DNA from: Trichosphaerium sp. ATCC 40318
Lineage: Eukaryota > Protista > Tubulinea
Assembly: GCA_038496445.1 (NCBI GenBank)
Contig: JALMLS010000564.1
Location: forward strand, 372,001 to 436,000
DNA length: 64,000 nt
Direction: 5' to 3'
A program made the translations under genes and the position numbers. Every line of letters begins with the position of its first letter. Within the stretch, counting starts at the first letter, position 1. A model generated the notes under the pieces. That model saw only the letters and a list, made by a program, of their open reading frames with translations, was not told the origin of the DNA and ran no database searches. Below are positions 26,668 to 40,706 of the stretch, in pieces.

Positions 26668-28915
26668 ATGTCCAAGCGCATAAATACGAACGTACGTCAC
26701 TTTGTAGTAAAGCTGATATAAACGACGTTTGTATTTATGCCAAACTAGCATCAAACGAGTAAAATATCACTTTTTACGCTGTGTTCAATGCCCACAGACG
26801 TTATTGGGGAGGTTTGTGATAACTTGCCTGTAAGCAACGTATTTCCCCTGAGACAACTTTCTGCTGCGTTCAAAAGGCGTTTAGACAGCCGAAAATTCAT
26901 AAAGGTAAGGCTTTGAGATAGATGTCAGCTTGTTTATTCCCAAGTCGCCTTGAATCCCATTTGACTCTTTTCAAGGACTTCGTACAGTTGGCTCCATTTG
27001 TACGTTATTGTGTGATTGTAAAACGTTGGGAAGAGGTACCTGAAAAGTCACGTTTCTTTTTAGCTGATTTTTGATAAAGCGTGACCGTTTCATCAAGCCG
27101 TAGCTAAGATTGAGGAACACATAATAAGTTCAAATCCACAATACTGTCAATGTGCTATTCAGTGGTTATGTAAATGGGTTAAACATTCGAGCGGGTTTAA
27201 TAGTGACTTTGTAGCAGATGCAATGGTAAAAAAGGTAACAGGAGCACTCTTTCTTCTTTTGTTCTGATTGTGGTCCCAAAAACAGGTAGTCCTATTGTTA
27301 TCTAGTGACTTGATGATTAGAGAAAACCGTTATGTGCGCATTGGTGCTTGTAGATTGGCTAAGTCGCTTATCACAGCGTTTTCTCAAACCCAATGCTTTG
27401 ATGAGCATTTGTCAGAGAATAAAGTTATTCTCGAACAAGTGTTGCTCTTAGTTACAGATCAAAATATCAACGTTGCATCCCTTGCTTGGTACCTATTAAT
27501 CTTAGCAGTGATGTTTATTATTTTGTAGGGAAACTATTTACCAGTTCAGCAAATACGACATTTATTATGTGGAAGCACTTGAGGGAGTATGTTACAGCAT
27601 TCTTGAGCGGTTTTATGCGTTGCTATCATGCTATGAACAATCAACCACGGTCACTGCAAGAACGAAAACACTCATTTCCTTGGTTTCTAAGGTGATGGTA
27701 AAGCTGTTAGAATGTGACGACGAGTATTTTAGGACATCAGATGTTGATGAACTAGTACTCAAGGTGATTGAAGTAATTAACAAGAATTTTGAAAAGAAGG
27801 CAAGCATGGGCACATATGCGCATAAACATCTCTTTAAAATTGTGGTAATTGGAGCCAACAGTACGATCTTGTACGTTTAAATGATACACTTTTGACAACA
27901 GGCGATTTTTAGAGGCAGAGTTGAGGGGAAACAAAGAAGTCATGGAGTTCGCAATTGATCACATTTCACTCTTTCCTAAATATGCCATTGATTTGACAAC
28001 AAGTGTGTTCAAAGCAGGTGGTACTATTTCTATTTTATTCACATGCACCCTTCCCTAAATACACAGTCAGACATTACAACAACAATGATGAGCGAGGGCT
28101 TTATTAAAGCATTAAAACTCGAATATTCATATTCAGTATGTATCACTTTTTTCTTAGAACGTACAAGTTAGCTAATACTCAAAGAGTCAAAAGGCAGTAT
28201 GCCGATCCCTACAACAGCACTTGAGATTCAGTGCTTTACAAAGCGAAGCACTATTAGACACTTTATTAGAGACTGCAGAAGTACGAGAATCTTCAACTTT
28301 TCTTTTCTTCTTTTTTTCTACATTTTTTAATAGTTTCTTTACAAGAAATCATAAAGCTGGATAAAGGTTTTAACAAGTATTTTTGGAAGCTTTGCCAGCA
28401 TTGTAAAGAAAATGACTATCACAGAAGATAAAGCAAAGCGCATAAACAAATTATTAACAGACTCAGCAGAAGCAGCTATTGAAATAAGTGATCCAAAAGA
28501 TAAGTATGTTTTCATCTTAAACTACTTAGATTGTGCAACAGAAATGTTGCCTATAAAATACGGTACATGTTACATGTTTAACTATGTACCTAAATTTTCA
28601 ACTTTAGGCATGACTGACGATGACCTGGATAGTTTAGTTTTTATGTGTTTTCAAATAAGAACCATGGATTCGCCTGACGAATTTCTGACAAGAAACGCCA
28701 AACAAGCAGTGCGGTAAGCTTACATAGAACCTTTTTTACCAAAACAATGCACCCAGAGTGAACAATGGCGGAAAAATTCCACTCTTGGTGTTCTCCTAAA
28801 CATACAACATAAAATCTTACACTTCATTCAAAGGGAGCTAGCGCTATGGCATCCTGATTTCATTAAAAAACGTGCTGATGCTGAATTATTTCATTATTTC
28901 AATCCGGAAGAATGA
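26668..28915 (+). CDS. F-box + ARM/HEAT-like helical repeat protein
   Basis: LCSMPTDVIGEVCDNLPVSNVFPLRQLS (F-box-like); helical exons such as LLLSSDLMIRENRYVRIGACRLA and LLVTDQNINVASLAW. Confidence 0.6.
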
Positions 28916-29167
28916 TCGAATTAAAACACGTGTTTTGGGTAATGTGTCACCAGTAATAATGTTTTATTCATGTTGTGATGTATGTTGTACAGAATAGATA
29001 AGTTTACGTATAAATTCAAAGTTTTTATTGATAGATAGTCTCGTACAACTTTCAACTCGTTTCACAAGGACCACATCAATTAAAAATCTCACAAGGATTA
29101 ATTTGTAAACTTCGGTTTATTTTGAAGGTTTTATAGTACATGCAACACGTGACCCGTGCACCTCTTT

Positions 29168-31919
29168 CTAATATTTATTTCTACGACTCATCTTTACAGG
29201 TGTTCTTCCATCTGCACCAATATCAGAGTAACGTCCGTATCCAGGTTCAAGGCTACAAATAAAAATCAATAAAAAAACTCACTGAAACTTATTGTAAAAC
29301 GGGTTTTTCTTTTGTACGCACTTTCTTGAGTATCTCGTAGCCTCAACAATGTTTCTGAATGTCGTATATAATGTAGATCTAGAGCTCAAAGGTAATAGGT
29401 GAGGCCCATCCTCTTTAGAAGCATGTTCTTCAGAGTTTTGTGGGACTGGTCTTTTCTTTCTCTTAATTTTGATAGTACGTCTTCTACGTGGCTTCTTTTG
29501 GAAATTCTCCGGTAGAGCAGGTACAGAAAATTGCACATCATCATCACGCTCGTCAACGTCATCAATTGAGATGTTAGACTCAACGGTTGAAGTAAGTTGG
29601 TAGTCATCATCTGAATAAACTTCAACGTCAGAGTCAGAGTCAGAAACCTCAGGGTCTTCTTCTTCATCGCTGCTACTGAGGTAAGGAATCTACAAAAAAA
29701 TTAGTTCCCGAGATACAAGGAGAGAAAAGAAGGAAAAAGTGTTTGGCACGTGTATTTTCTTTGCAGAGTAAAAGATAGTGATGTTACGCGTGCCATTGTG
29801 TTTTCTTGATCATCTTCTCCGAAATCAAGGGCTTTCATAACTTCATCATCACTTTCATCTGCTCTTTCAGGTACTGCAATCCTGAACGAAACAAAAAATT
29901 AGCCACAATAGTCTTGGGAGGCTAATAAAAAACTCATAACAAAGTGCATACCTGCGTGGTTTGCCGCTAATTGACATTGGTGTCATACGCATACGAGAGT
30001 TGAAAACATGTGGAACACCTAAATAGTTGTCAGCGAATACATTAAGTGTTGGCAGAGATGTGTGAAGTGAGAATTAAATAGGTTTTTAAACATGGAAAAA
30101 AAAGAACCAATTGCAACCCACGTACGTCTTGGTGTGCTCATGTTAGGTCTTTTCTTCTGTTGAGCTTGCTGAGGTATCTCAGATTTTTGCAATTCTCTTA
30201 TTGATAAGCTCATACGTCTCAAGTTAGTAATCATATCTTCTTCTTCCTGAAAGTTGTTTATTAGTAAATTTCAAACTTACTAGCGAGAAAAGAATTAACG
30301 TACCTCTTCTGTCAAGTGGCGGGAAGTGTTAGAGAGGAAAGAAGGCTTGAGAAAAGAGAGTCAGGGTAAAGGATTGTTTGGTGTTTACTCTGTACCTTTT
30401 CATCAAAGTCTTCAAGAGAAAGTCCAGCCATTTGGTCAGCAAGATTATTTTCTTCTTGTTCGGTTACATCCGCTGCCATTGACTTTTGTGGAGTAGATGG
30501 ATTAGCTTCGACACCAAAACTCAACGCAAAGGCTATTGCGATTTGCATAATTTCTTCATCGTCTTGTTTTACTACCACCTAAGAAAAGAGCAATAAGCAA
30601 ACAATAAAACAACACCAATCTTTTCTAGAAAAAAATATGGTTTCATTTCGCGCACATCAACTACCCTCTCTGGTTGTTTAGAGTCGCTAATAGAGTTGTG
30701 CATCTTGCACAAAAAGTGACGAACACCCAAGTGAAGGAGTGTAACAGGCTAAGACATAACAGTAAGAACACAAGCAATTGCTAAAGTTGGATGTTAAATT
30801 AAATACCTGAGGCTGGAACATAGTCGCTCTATCGTAAATATCGATAACTTTAGTATAAAACCCACATCTCTCAGCGTGATTGGCGCGAATTATCCAATAA
30901 TACGCGTATGTTTGAGCTGAATAACCAAGATCCTCATTAAGAAGCATCAACTCGAATTGTTTATCAGCCTCCCAAAAATCATCGATTTTCTTTAGTTGAC
31001 AAAAAAGTAAGTAAAAAAAAATCCAAAGATGAACAAATTTTGAGCTTATTTACGTACCCAAGCCTCTATAGCTTCATTAAGTATTAGTTTATTTATCATA
31101 AAGTCGCTTACAGAGCGAATAAGGCTAAGGAGCTCTGGGTGCTTCGTCTACAAGATGAAGTAAGTCGAAAAACTTGAAGTCTACTGTGTTTTTTTTTGGT
31201 TTTTGGAAAAACGTGTACTGAAGCGGTTAGCCAATCGATGGCGGCTGGTTTCTTGTGGACAGTAATTCTCACGCCCTTGTTGCGTTTAGGGTATCGTCTG
31301 GAAGGCGCTGACATTGGAACTTGTCGATTTCTGGTTGGTTTTGACTTTGGAGTCACAGCGCGTTGTACCATGACGGATTTTCGCTTTGAAGGTTTTACCT
31401 CGTTGCTAAACGTTGATTTAGCTCACAAGCTAGTGATTATGGTCGGTTTCGTTTTTTAGCGGTTAAGAATGTATGTCACGTACTACTTTCTTTTACGCCA
31501 CATTTCAAGGTCCCGTTTGCGTTGTAGTCTTGGAGTTGCTTGTTTCATGTCTGCTACTGATGTAAACATGCCGCGCTTGGTTGAAGTTGCTGGAGCATTT
31601 ACTGAGAACGACGCTCTAGTACGCGATTGTGGTTTTGGTGTCACACTACCCAATTTTGATTTTTGAAAAGAAACGCCTCTTTTCCTTCTAGATGGCGTAC
31701 ATAGTATATTGCGCCTTATTAGAGTAAGTTCAAGCGACTATTGTAGTTTGGCACCTGTTTTCCTTCTGCTTTAACGCATCTTCGCCATACTTTCTCTTAC
31801 GCCATTCATTTAGCTGATCTAGCCTTGATAGGCCTATACTTGTATTTAATCACAGCAATTTGCGTTTGAACGGTTACAGTCTATCAAATACCTGCAGATG
31901 TGCCTTGTACGTCAGCCAT
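29168..31919 (-). CDS. CKAP2-like microtubule-associated protein
   Basis: N-terminal RLDQLNEWRKRK, basic S/T-P-rich region, YAYYWIIRANHAERCGFYTKVIDIYDRATMFQPQ resembling CKAP2_C, acidic tract, TPVKMSRR near the end. Confidence 0.55.
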
Positions 31920-32041
31920 TATCCTTTTACAAACTCCTTGTTGGATTTGTTTTAGTTGTAACCTTGCTTATTTTGCGGTTGGCGCGAAATACAATTAATT
32001 TTTATCAACTTTATTACAAAAAAATCTATTTGACTTTCTGA

Positions 32042-33220
32042 CTAACACTTGCAGTCTTTACCGCCCGCGTTTCCTGTTCCTGGCTCATTCTTCTTTTCAG
32101 TTTGACCTAGTACAACAGTATCAGACTGATCTATTGTTTCTTCTCCGCTTGATTCTTCACTTTCGCTCTCTGCTTCTGTAACACGCTGCCTATAAATCTC
32201 TGCGAGCGCCAGTAAGCGTTTTTAAGTTATAATATCAATTTTAAACGCTATTTACCTTGTAAAATTTTTTCAAACGCTTCGTGGACGTTCTAGAAGAAAT
32301 TAAACACGCGAGTACGCATCAAATTCGAATTTAGTACCGTATTTTCCTTCGCAGACGTCTCAATGAACGCCAACCTATTTCTTTGAGCGAATTGTGTAGC
32401 TTCTTGGACAGATACAGCTCTTTGTTCTTGTACTAAGCAAAACTATTAACATTTTGACGCTTTCTCACAACGCACAATCAAGCTTATTGCCAACTAACAG
32501 AACCAAAATTCCTACCAGTACTCAACATTGTGAAGTGTTTTACTGTGTACCTGTATCCGCATGTACTACGAGCTCATCGAGCCATTTTGCACAATCCATA
32601 AAACTCTGCCTTTAGCCACGTGTTAACGAAAAGGTACTTAGTTATTTATGTGTTTTTTTTATGAACCTTGAGTCTATAGCGTATACTAACAGACAACCAT
32701 CAGCACCGCTGTAATACCTAGACGTAATTGAGATAACAAATAGTGCAAAAGGTGTACGCACTGTCTACTTAGATGCCTGAACCTATCTTGGCCAGCAGTG
32801 TCCCTTTGAAGAGTTTAAACAATATGATTTTGGGTTTTTATTTCTTTACCAGACTTGTGCTTTTACTACTTTATCAGAAATATTTATCGTCTTTATACCA
32901 AAATCTACGCCTAACAGGGGTGATAAGCAACGTAACCAAAGAGATTTTCAAAAAAAAAGTGAAGAGTTGACGAGATATAGCCTTGCTTACCAATTGTTGT
33001 CTTATGGTCTTCTGAGAATATGTTTGTGGTGTACTAGTTGAACAATAAATCAAACAAGTAATAAATTCCATACAGCGTACACGAGTCATAATATTACTCT
33101 TCCCTACCCCTTGATCTCCAATAACAAGTACTGCGCATCATGTGAGATGAAAAAAAATTATCACGTGAGATAAGCCTTCTTACTCTTAAATAAATAATCT
33201 TCAACTTCATCTTCCGCCAT
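32042..33220 (-). CDS. Rab GTPase (Rab11-related)
   Basis: DYLFKILVIGDQGVGKSN, TTIGVDF, KAQVWDTAGQDRF, LVGNK, ETSAK, C-terminal CKC. Confidence 0.92.
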
Positions 33221-33339
33221 GGTGTTGTTTGAAACGCAAATTTCCTCAGTTTGACGCTAGTTGAATTTTGTACGTGGCGCTTATAATGGCTCGTGAGCAA
33301 AATCAGAGCCAACACATAGCGAAAAATGCGAAGTATTCG

Positions 33340-34480
33340 ATTATTACATTCACTAACAAGGCAACTTTCAGATTTCAAGCACGTGCGATTTGAAAAAAGT
33401 GTAAACAACAGAAAAAAACAAAGCTACATAGCCTCTTTATATTTACACTTTTTGAGCATTGACAAGTACCATATTTGCCTCTTTTACTATACTTTTAAAA
33501 TCCTTTGAAACGTGTGTCATGGATAGAACCTCGCAAATACCAGGGAACTGTTCTGGTGCATTCGCTACATCAGCGATTGTTTTTGCATACAGAGTCTCTC
33601 GAAGCGGACCAATAACTTGTTGTGATGCACCTAGAAATAGTTAAAAATAAGACGCAAAGCAGTTTTTGTACCTTTTAATTTTGTGAAGCTATCGCTTGGT
33701 TTTAGTGGCTCAGGTTCTTTGGACTTTTTCTCAATCTGAGGTCCTTCATCTTTTGGTTTTTGTTGCTCTTTTGGAACCTCTTTTGGAATAGAAGAGCCCT
33801 CAGCACTATTCTTTGGTGCACTTGGTTTATCCTTTGTTTCTGCAGGTGTACGAGATGCTGTTCTACTTTGAGAAAGGTGTTGCTGGACGCGTATAATACA
33901 GGCGTCAAGGTCAGGAATGACATTTGTTTCTTTTATGAATTTGTACTGCTCTGGGTTATTTTTGTGTATCGTAGAGAATAGCATAAGATTGCCAACGCCA
34001 GCCTTGAAAGAAATTAATAAAATGACGTCAACGCTTGTAATGTTATAAGGAATGCCGTGCCTGTTCTAGTATGTCCACAGCCGCCACTGAGAGACCAAAT
34101 TCAGTCAGTTTAGTTATTGGCTCGCTTGGAATTTCAGGTGGAGGTTCAGACACTGATAGTTGTATATCGGTTGGGTGAGGGCCTGGATCTACTTGTGGCT
34201 GCTTTACAGTAGATTTTTGCGAATTGTGCTGAGAAACGTTCCGTGGGCTGTTGTTATTTATCTCAAGCTGCTCTGTACGCGGTACGTGGTCCAGTACTGG
34301 ATCTATGTTATCTTCGCTTTTGTAATTTGGAATAAATAGTATATTATCATTCTTAGCCATTGGAATGAGCGAATAGGGCTCATTCTGTGCTTGAGCATCA
34401 TCTTGACTATCGTCTCTGTGTAGTACAACGAAAGAACCCACGCATGGGTCTACGTGTGCCTTGTCAAGTTGTTCAGACAT
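33340..34480 (-). CDS. Hypothetical protein, low-complexity with two short helical segments
   Basis: ORFs 34043-34501 and 33631-33984 join via GC-AG intron 34003-34060; 3' end uncertain. Confidence 0.5.
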
Positions 34481-34565
34481 CGCTCGCGCTTGAGAATGCA
34501 TTCAACGAACGACAAACAATAGCTTTAAAGTCAAAACAAAGTTATTTTACCTTCTTTCACTTACA

Positions 34566-35512
34566 ATGATTCTTGCGAGAGCCTCTATTAGACAAGTATG
34601 TTCACTTTATGAGGTGCTCATAATCTTATAACGGTTTTTTACAGAGTTCGGCTTTTGTACGGCCTAAAACCAATTCTAACGTAATACGACGAATATATTC
34701 CACTAACGCAAGCTCAAAAACGAACGAGAACAATGGTGTAGTTCCAACAAATAGTAACCGCCTAAAATTACGCGAAACTGCGCTAATATACTATTAGAGG
34801 CAGGTCTGCCAAAATATATGCCCAAAATGGCTGCTACTCTTGGAGCGCTTGGCCTAGTACCTTTCCTTGGTACTGCCGCGTTGGCGCTAACTGGAACTTC
34901 ACTGTACGCGAAAATAACGGCGTCAAACCAACTTTTCGCACTCGTCTCATACTTGTGTAGGGGAATGACAGCTGTCAATTATCAAATCATGTATGGCGCT
35001 TCTATCCTTTCGTTCATGTGCGTACATAACAAGAATGGTTTGTGCCAACTTTTCTATCAGGGGCGGTGTTCACTGGGGCGTAGCTACTAAAGAGCCAGAC
35101 ACAATGAGGTTAATTAGCAACAAAGGAAATTATTTAACAGCGTTGTAGCCAAACTGGACGCTACGTTATATCGGTAATGCCTTCTTTGCTTGCAGTTGGA
35201 TGCTTAATGGGCCCACCTGAATTAGGCAAGTTTTTCTACACACATGTGTTTACTTACTGTTTCATATAGCTCTAGTAGGATTGGGCATTGGTTTTTCTTC
35301 TCTTCTTGTATACGATGTTATATCAGTCAGAGTAATGGCGCCTTGGTACCTAAAATTGAGGTACCCTTCATAAACAAAAACCACAAAGTTGTAATTTTCA
35401 CTTTTTTAGAATTCCGTTAACTGCTGGTGTACTTCTTTCGCTTGCTTGTTCGTGGTGGGGATGTTTTGATATTGACACCACAGTAGCAGCAGTATCGGCT
35501 GTCACTATGTAG
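34566..35512 (+). CDS. TMEM69/DUF3429-like mitochondrial membrane protein
   Basis: R/S-rich leader MILARASIRQ..., LGALGLVPF, YGASILSFMGGVHWG, APWYLKLRIPLT. Confidence 0.85.
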
Positions 35513-36125
35513 ATCATGCAGTCATTGACACTAGCAATACGTAGTCATAACATTGGTCTTGGTAATTAAAAAAAGTAGCTGCGAAACTTCCATCGTTCCT
35601 AGGGATTGGTGCTGTAGGTATTCAGGAGAAAGTGTCAGGCGCTCTCTATAGTTTAGGTCAATAAAGTCGCGTTTACTCCGTCCTTTTATCTTATTTCCTT
35701 GCATGTTTCTGTAAAGGAAGAGTACACGCTATGGGTGCACTTGTCGATAGATACAGCAGAACTTGCAGACTATTAGCCGTAGAAGCACTTAACCACTACA
35801 GTGTTAACGCTTAGCGTGGAAAAAGCGTTTATGACGCTTTGAGCAGTTTTGGCAAAGTTCCCGATTTAAAAACGTGCTCATGTGCTGAACCGGTAGGCAG
35901 GCGTTTTGCTTCTTACTCCCATATACTGAATTTTATACGCGCAGTCTGTTTGGTTGCCGCCCAAAAACAGTTTACGCGCTAAGTTAAACTAAAAAACCAC
36001 GCTTGAGGATTGTTTAGACTTGTTACATTGTTACTATTATTACATTTTAAGTTTGTTTTTACAGGTTTGTTGTTCGAGTGGTTTTGTCTTCTTTGCCGAA
36101 GTCGAATTTTAGTTATGCTGTGTTG

Positions 36126-36440
36126 CTAGTTGCGTGTGGTGGGTTGGTCGGTTTGTAGGGTTTTGACTCGGCCATCTAAAAAGTCAAAAAGGCAAGTTTC
36201 CACCTCTACAAAATACTGACTGCAGTCGCAATTGTCTGCGGACGCGTCGAGCACACCAAGACCAAGCTTATCACCAGTTTTCTTATCTCGAGCATGAAAA
36301 GTAATACCAACGCCACCAGTTGTCTTGCCGAAGGGTTTGGTAGTTGCAAGCTTGATCGTGGACTTCTTTGTTGTCGATTTAATCACTCTGTTGTATGAGC
36401 GTCTGGCGAAGCTTCTGATGGATTTGATAACGGCAGACAT
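36126..36440 (-). CDS. Small intronless hypothetical protein (104 aa)
   Basis: ATG-to-stop ORF with C-ending codon bias like its neighbour; no motif recognised. Confidence 0.45.
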   Translation of the reverse strand: MSAVIKSIRSFARRSYNRVIKSTTKKSTIKLATTKPFGKTTGGVGITFHARDKKTGDKLGLGVLDASADNCDCSQYFVEVETCLFDFLDGRVKTLQTDQPTTRN

Positions 36441-37038
36441 GAGGAAGAGTTTTTGGTGTTGTTGAGGTTGATAATTGTGACTTTCTCGATATGGTCAAGA
36501 ATTCTTTAATTAACTTTTTTATTTAGCTTATCTCGAAAAAATATTTGTTCGGCTCCAGTTTCTTTTTGGCTCTGCAAACGCCATGATATTGGACACCAGT
36601 TTAGCTCGGTGGCGTTAAGGGTTGTTATTTTAGAAACAAAACTGCGTAATTTTCAAAGTAGTTGTAACATTGTGAAAGCACCTTCCCACGCGTAGAAGCT
36701 GTCTTAGAACTTTGTCTGATTCGTTTTTAGTATGCAGTACTTTTTCTTGATTTTGTAGACTGTATTTTTATCAGGTGTGATATCATAAAATGCGTGCTTG
36801 AACCTCAAGACAAGTATAATTGTAATGGCTTTGTACGTTACAATTTCTCAAGGTTTTCGGGTACTTTTTGCAAGTAAAGTCTTTCGACTTCTCTACTCGT
36901 ACCATTGAACCTCACGCATTGTATAACACCAATGAATCTGTACGGTGATAGTAAGAAAACTCGTGTAGCTTTTTTATGAAACTACACGAGTAAAACGCAC
37001 AAATCCCAAAGAATACACCATACTCGAAGCACATCATC

Positions 37039-37953
37039 ATGTTTTCCTCCCTCAAACACGGCTTCAACTCTTTCTGCAGCATCTTTAAGAAGACCAAGCA
37101 GCAATCAAAGTACGTTATCGACGAAGATGTTCTCCTCGGTAAAGGCGGCTGCGGCATTGTCTACACTTGCACCGACACCGAGACGTGCGAAACCTACGCG
37201 ATGAAGGTAGTGAATAGAACTGGCCTCTCCAAAGCCGAAAACAAGATGGAACGCAACAGTCTCGTACGTGAAGCGAAGATACAACGCCTCACGACCTGCG
37301 ACAATATCATGCGGCCTGTAGAAGTTATACAAAAAGGTCCAAACGGCCCTGCTGTCATACTACCGCTTGCCAAATGCGACGCAGCCTCTCTTACAGCCAA
37401 CAAACCGCTGAAAATGGCTTCGGCAGCATACATCACCAAAGCTGTCCTACACGCGGTTTGCGAACTACAAGAAAAAGGTATCGTTCACCACGACATAAAA
37501 GCCGAGAATGTCATGATTATGCCTTGTGGTACGCCGAAACTCGCCGACTTTGGACATGCTGTTGGCGTACCAGAGCTAGAAACACTCGCATGTGGACTAG
37601 AAGGTACATCAGGTTTTGTAGACCCGAGAGCTCAACACGAAGGGTACTCTCCTACAGACGATACATTCTCCATTGGGCGTATGGTAATGGATCTAATGAT
37701 ACAACGGTGCATTACCTACAAACCGAAAGGGTTTGTAGACTCACCACAAAACGTTCAAGATCTTTGGATAAACAACAAGTTAATAGGTGAGACAATGATC
37801 TCACTAACTACCGATGATACACTCCTCGATTTTGTACGATGCTGTTCTGTACGCGGAACACAAGCAAAAGAACTTTTAGACCATCCTTTCATAAGAATGG
37901 CGCACAAGTCACCATCAAAGTTTTTAAATGCCATAAAAAAAACATGTAAATAA
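37039..37953 (+). CDS. Intronless non-RD Ser/Thr protein kinase
   Basis: LGKGGCGIVY, YAMK, HHDIKAEN, DFG, GTSGFVDPR, ELLDHPF. Confidence 0.9.
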   Translation: MFSSLKHGFNSFCSIFKKTKQQSKYVIDEDVLLGKGGCGIVYTCTDTETCETYAMKVVNRTGLSKAENKMERNSLVREAKIQRLTTCDNIMRPVEVIQKGPNGPAVILPLAKCDAASLTANKPLKMASAAYITKAVLHAVCELQEKGIVHHDIKAENVMIMPCGTPKLADFGHAVGVPELETLACGLEGTSGFVDPRAQHEGYSPTDDTFSIGRMVMDLMIQRCITYKPKGFVDSPQNVQDLWINNKLIGETMISLTTDDTLLDFVRCCSVRGTQAKELLDHPFIRMAHKSPSKFLNAIKKTCK

Positions 37954-38314
37954 AAAAAAGTAAAAGAAATACCTGTCTCTCTGCAATGAAAGTATAATAA
38001 AGGTTTTAAGGATGTACTGTGATAGGACCTGGTGGCATTGGAGTCTATTCGAGCAACTTGCCTATAACGCTTAATTTAAGAAAAAAGTAAGAAAGCCAAG
38101 TTCCCGAAAACTCGCATTTTCTCGTGGTAATTCTACTTTAATGAGTAAAAAGATGACTCTTTTGTTAACTAATTGGGTTATGGTACAAACCATCAATGAG
38201 TTTTAGTATTCGGAATTGCAATAATGTAATGACAAGCAAACTTTTTGTTTGTAGCTATAGATTACACTATTTTATTCATTGTTTTTCTTTTTTTTTCGAA
38301 TTTTCAGAAAAGTT

Positions 38315-40493
38315 CTATTTTACAAGAGATGTTGTTTCGTCTGCAATATCGCTCACAACTTGTTTCCGAGGTACAATGATAAGAATAATCAATGGAATAC
38401 TCAATAAAGCCACAGCTCCACCAAATCCTATACCAATCGCTACGCCAGAATACCCGAAATGTCCCGCCAAGGAAATCACAGCACCGCCTGCAAACTCACC
38501 TACAATTTTGTCAAAACGTGGACAAATCCATTATATTGCTATACCTATGAGTTGGCCAGCAGCTTGAACCATATTCAGAATACCAACATACAATCCGAGA
38601 TCTAAAGAAAAGCAAATTAAGCACCTACTCGATTTATCGAGATCTACATACCACTCTCAGCAACAGCCATGCCTATCAAAATAAAGGGCACTGAATTCTG
38701 TATTGCTTGAAAGAAAGAACCAAAGATAGCAACAAGAAAAGCCGACCACTTTGTGCGACAGTTTGGGAACAATACAACAAAGCTAGAGGCAGAAAGTGCG
38801 ACGTACGAAATAGCAAATAAAAGCTAGTAAAAATTAACACTTTTTCGGTTTAATACACGTGCCTTGTATCCCGTTATTTTTCTCATGTAGGGAACAGCCA
38901 AAGAGAATAATATACCAAAAGCACCTCCTACAGATAAAGCAAGAGAACCAAGACGAACACCAGCATCATAAGCCTCTTTACTATGTGTTCCAGCATCTGC
39001 CTTAAAACAAGTTAACCTCGCTTAGCTGTATGCTTATTAATGGTGTACTGAGGCATCTCCACCGTAGACGTCGGTTCCCACATAATCCTTTAAAGAGTGT
39101 TAAAGGGTTTGCATTTAGTTTACAGTGCGTACAGTGAAGTAAAACAAAACAGGAGAATTTGCAATATTGTTAAACAACCAATTAATAATAATCACAAGTG
39201 CGATATATTTTATCTTTACTAGCTTAGCCTAAAGGAAACAATAAAGCGTTAAAAGGTCTGTTTGGTTACCAATAAGATCTATTACATACTATTTGGTTTT
39301 TAACTTCCTTGAAGAGTTTTTTAGGCTCTTGGTGTTCGCTAACAAAAAAAATTCAGTGAAAACTCGAGTCTCAGTGAGACTTGTGTTTTTAAATTGCACT
39401 CGTACACTTTTGCCTCTCTCACAAATATTAATGTTGGAAGTATACCAACCTATATGCTGTGGTTAGCTAAGGGTATTCAACTTATATAAAAATATTGTAC
39501 CAACACCATAACAACTGTTATAATAAATAAGCCTTGGTAACCATGCTGTAAAAAACTAAACAACTTTTTCCAGTTAACATAGCCCAGACCAGTTGCGGCC
39601 AGATATGCAGCCGATGATAATGCAGATTGTACAGACATTCCCTTAATATTATATAAGTATAACATAGTATGGCCTTGTGGTCATTGCTTGTAAAAAAGGC
39701 AATATTTACATTGGTGTAATTTTTACAAACTCATTACCTTATTGACATTCGCTTCTCCTCTACATTTATCCAATGTAAGGGCCATCCCTGCGGCTTGTAC
39801 AACATTCATTCCAGTATTTGCTAACCATGAAGCTACGATAGCAAGTACTTGTGCAGCCTACAACTCAAAATTTTAACAATTTGTTTTTACAAAAAAAAAG
39901 CTTGCTGGAGGGCTTCAGGATTTTGTTTAAGACGTACAATAGACTCTTTGGCTACTGCATCTCCAATTGGTTGTGCTGCACCAAACTAAACGATTTTAGT
40001 TTATGTCCAATTTTGACTGCTGTTGCCGTTAACGTACTAGAATAACTCCAATCATACCTAAAATCAAACCTCCTATGATAAAGGGCTTCCTACGGCCTGT
40101 TCACACGCAATAAGAATCTATTGTAGCATTTTTGGGAATGTACCAATTTTCGATTTACATCCATCACTCCAACCGCCAATTACTGGCTGTATAAATGCAG
40201 GTGTAGGTCCAGACGCTAATGCGAACGCTTGTCATAAAAATGTCAGTTGAAGCTCTTTACCAAGTACATTACCTGTCCAAAACGGTGATAAACCCAATGA
40301 TTTGAACAATGGTGTAGCCTGCCAGAAATTTGTCAATTAAATGTGTCCTTGCTGGCTAGTGCACGCCTACCATGACGAAAAACGTTGCCCAGAAAAAGTT
40401 TATACCAAAATTGAAGCTGTTTAGAGCAGTTAGGCTCAAATACGATAGCTCTTTATCAATAACCTCAGGCTTCTCGTCATAGTTTAGTGACAT
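38315..40493 (-). CDS. MFS sugar transporter, SLC45/SUC (sucrose/H+ symporter) family
   Basis: GPTPAFIQPVIGGWSDGCKSKIGRRKPFIIGG, DYVGTDVYGGD, YDAGVRLGSLAL, GLYVGILNM. Confidence 0.85.
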
Positions 40494-40706
40494 ATCGTAC
40501 AAGCCGCCTAACAGCAATGTCAAAAGTCTATGCCACTTTCTTTTATTGACTTAAAAGTGACTTGCCAAAACCGTACATACGCCCAAACTATTAAAATAGC
40601 GCCTGTACACGTGCAGCGCAACAAATGTTTATTTTATACGGGTTTTACAAACTTTAAGGTTACAGTCAGCGTAGAAAAAAAGTGTTTTGATTGTTAGTGA
40701 CACATG

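Noticed and set aside
5445-33220. YKT6, RABGGTB and a Rab in one window as a possible prenylation cluster
   Set aside because: They are separated by many unrelated genes; chance proximity in a dense genome is sufficient.
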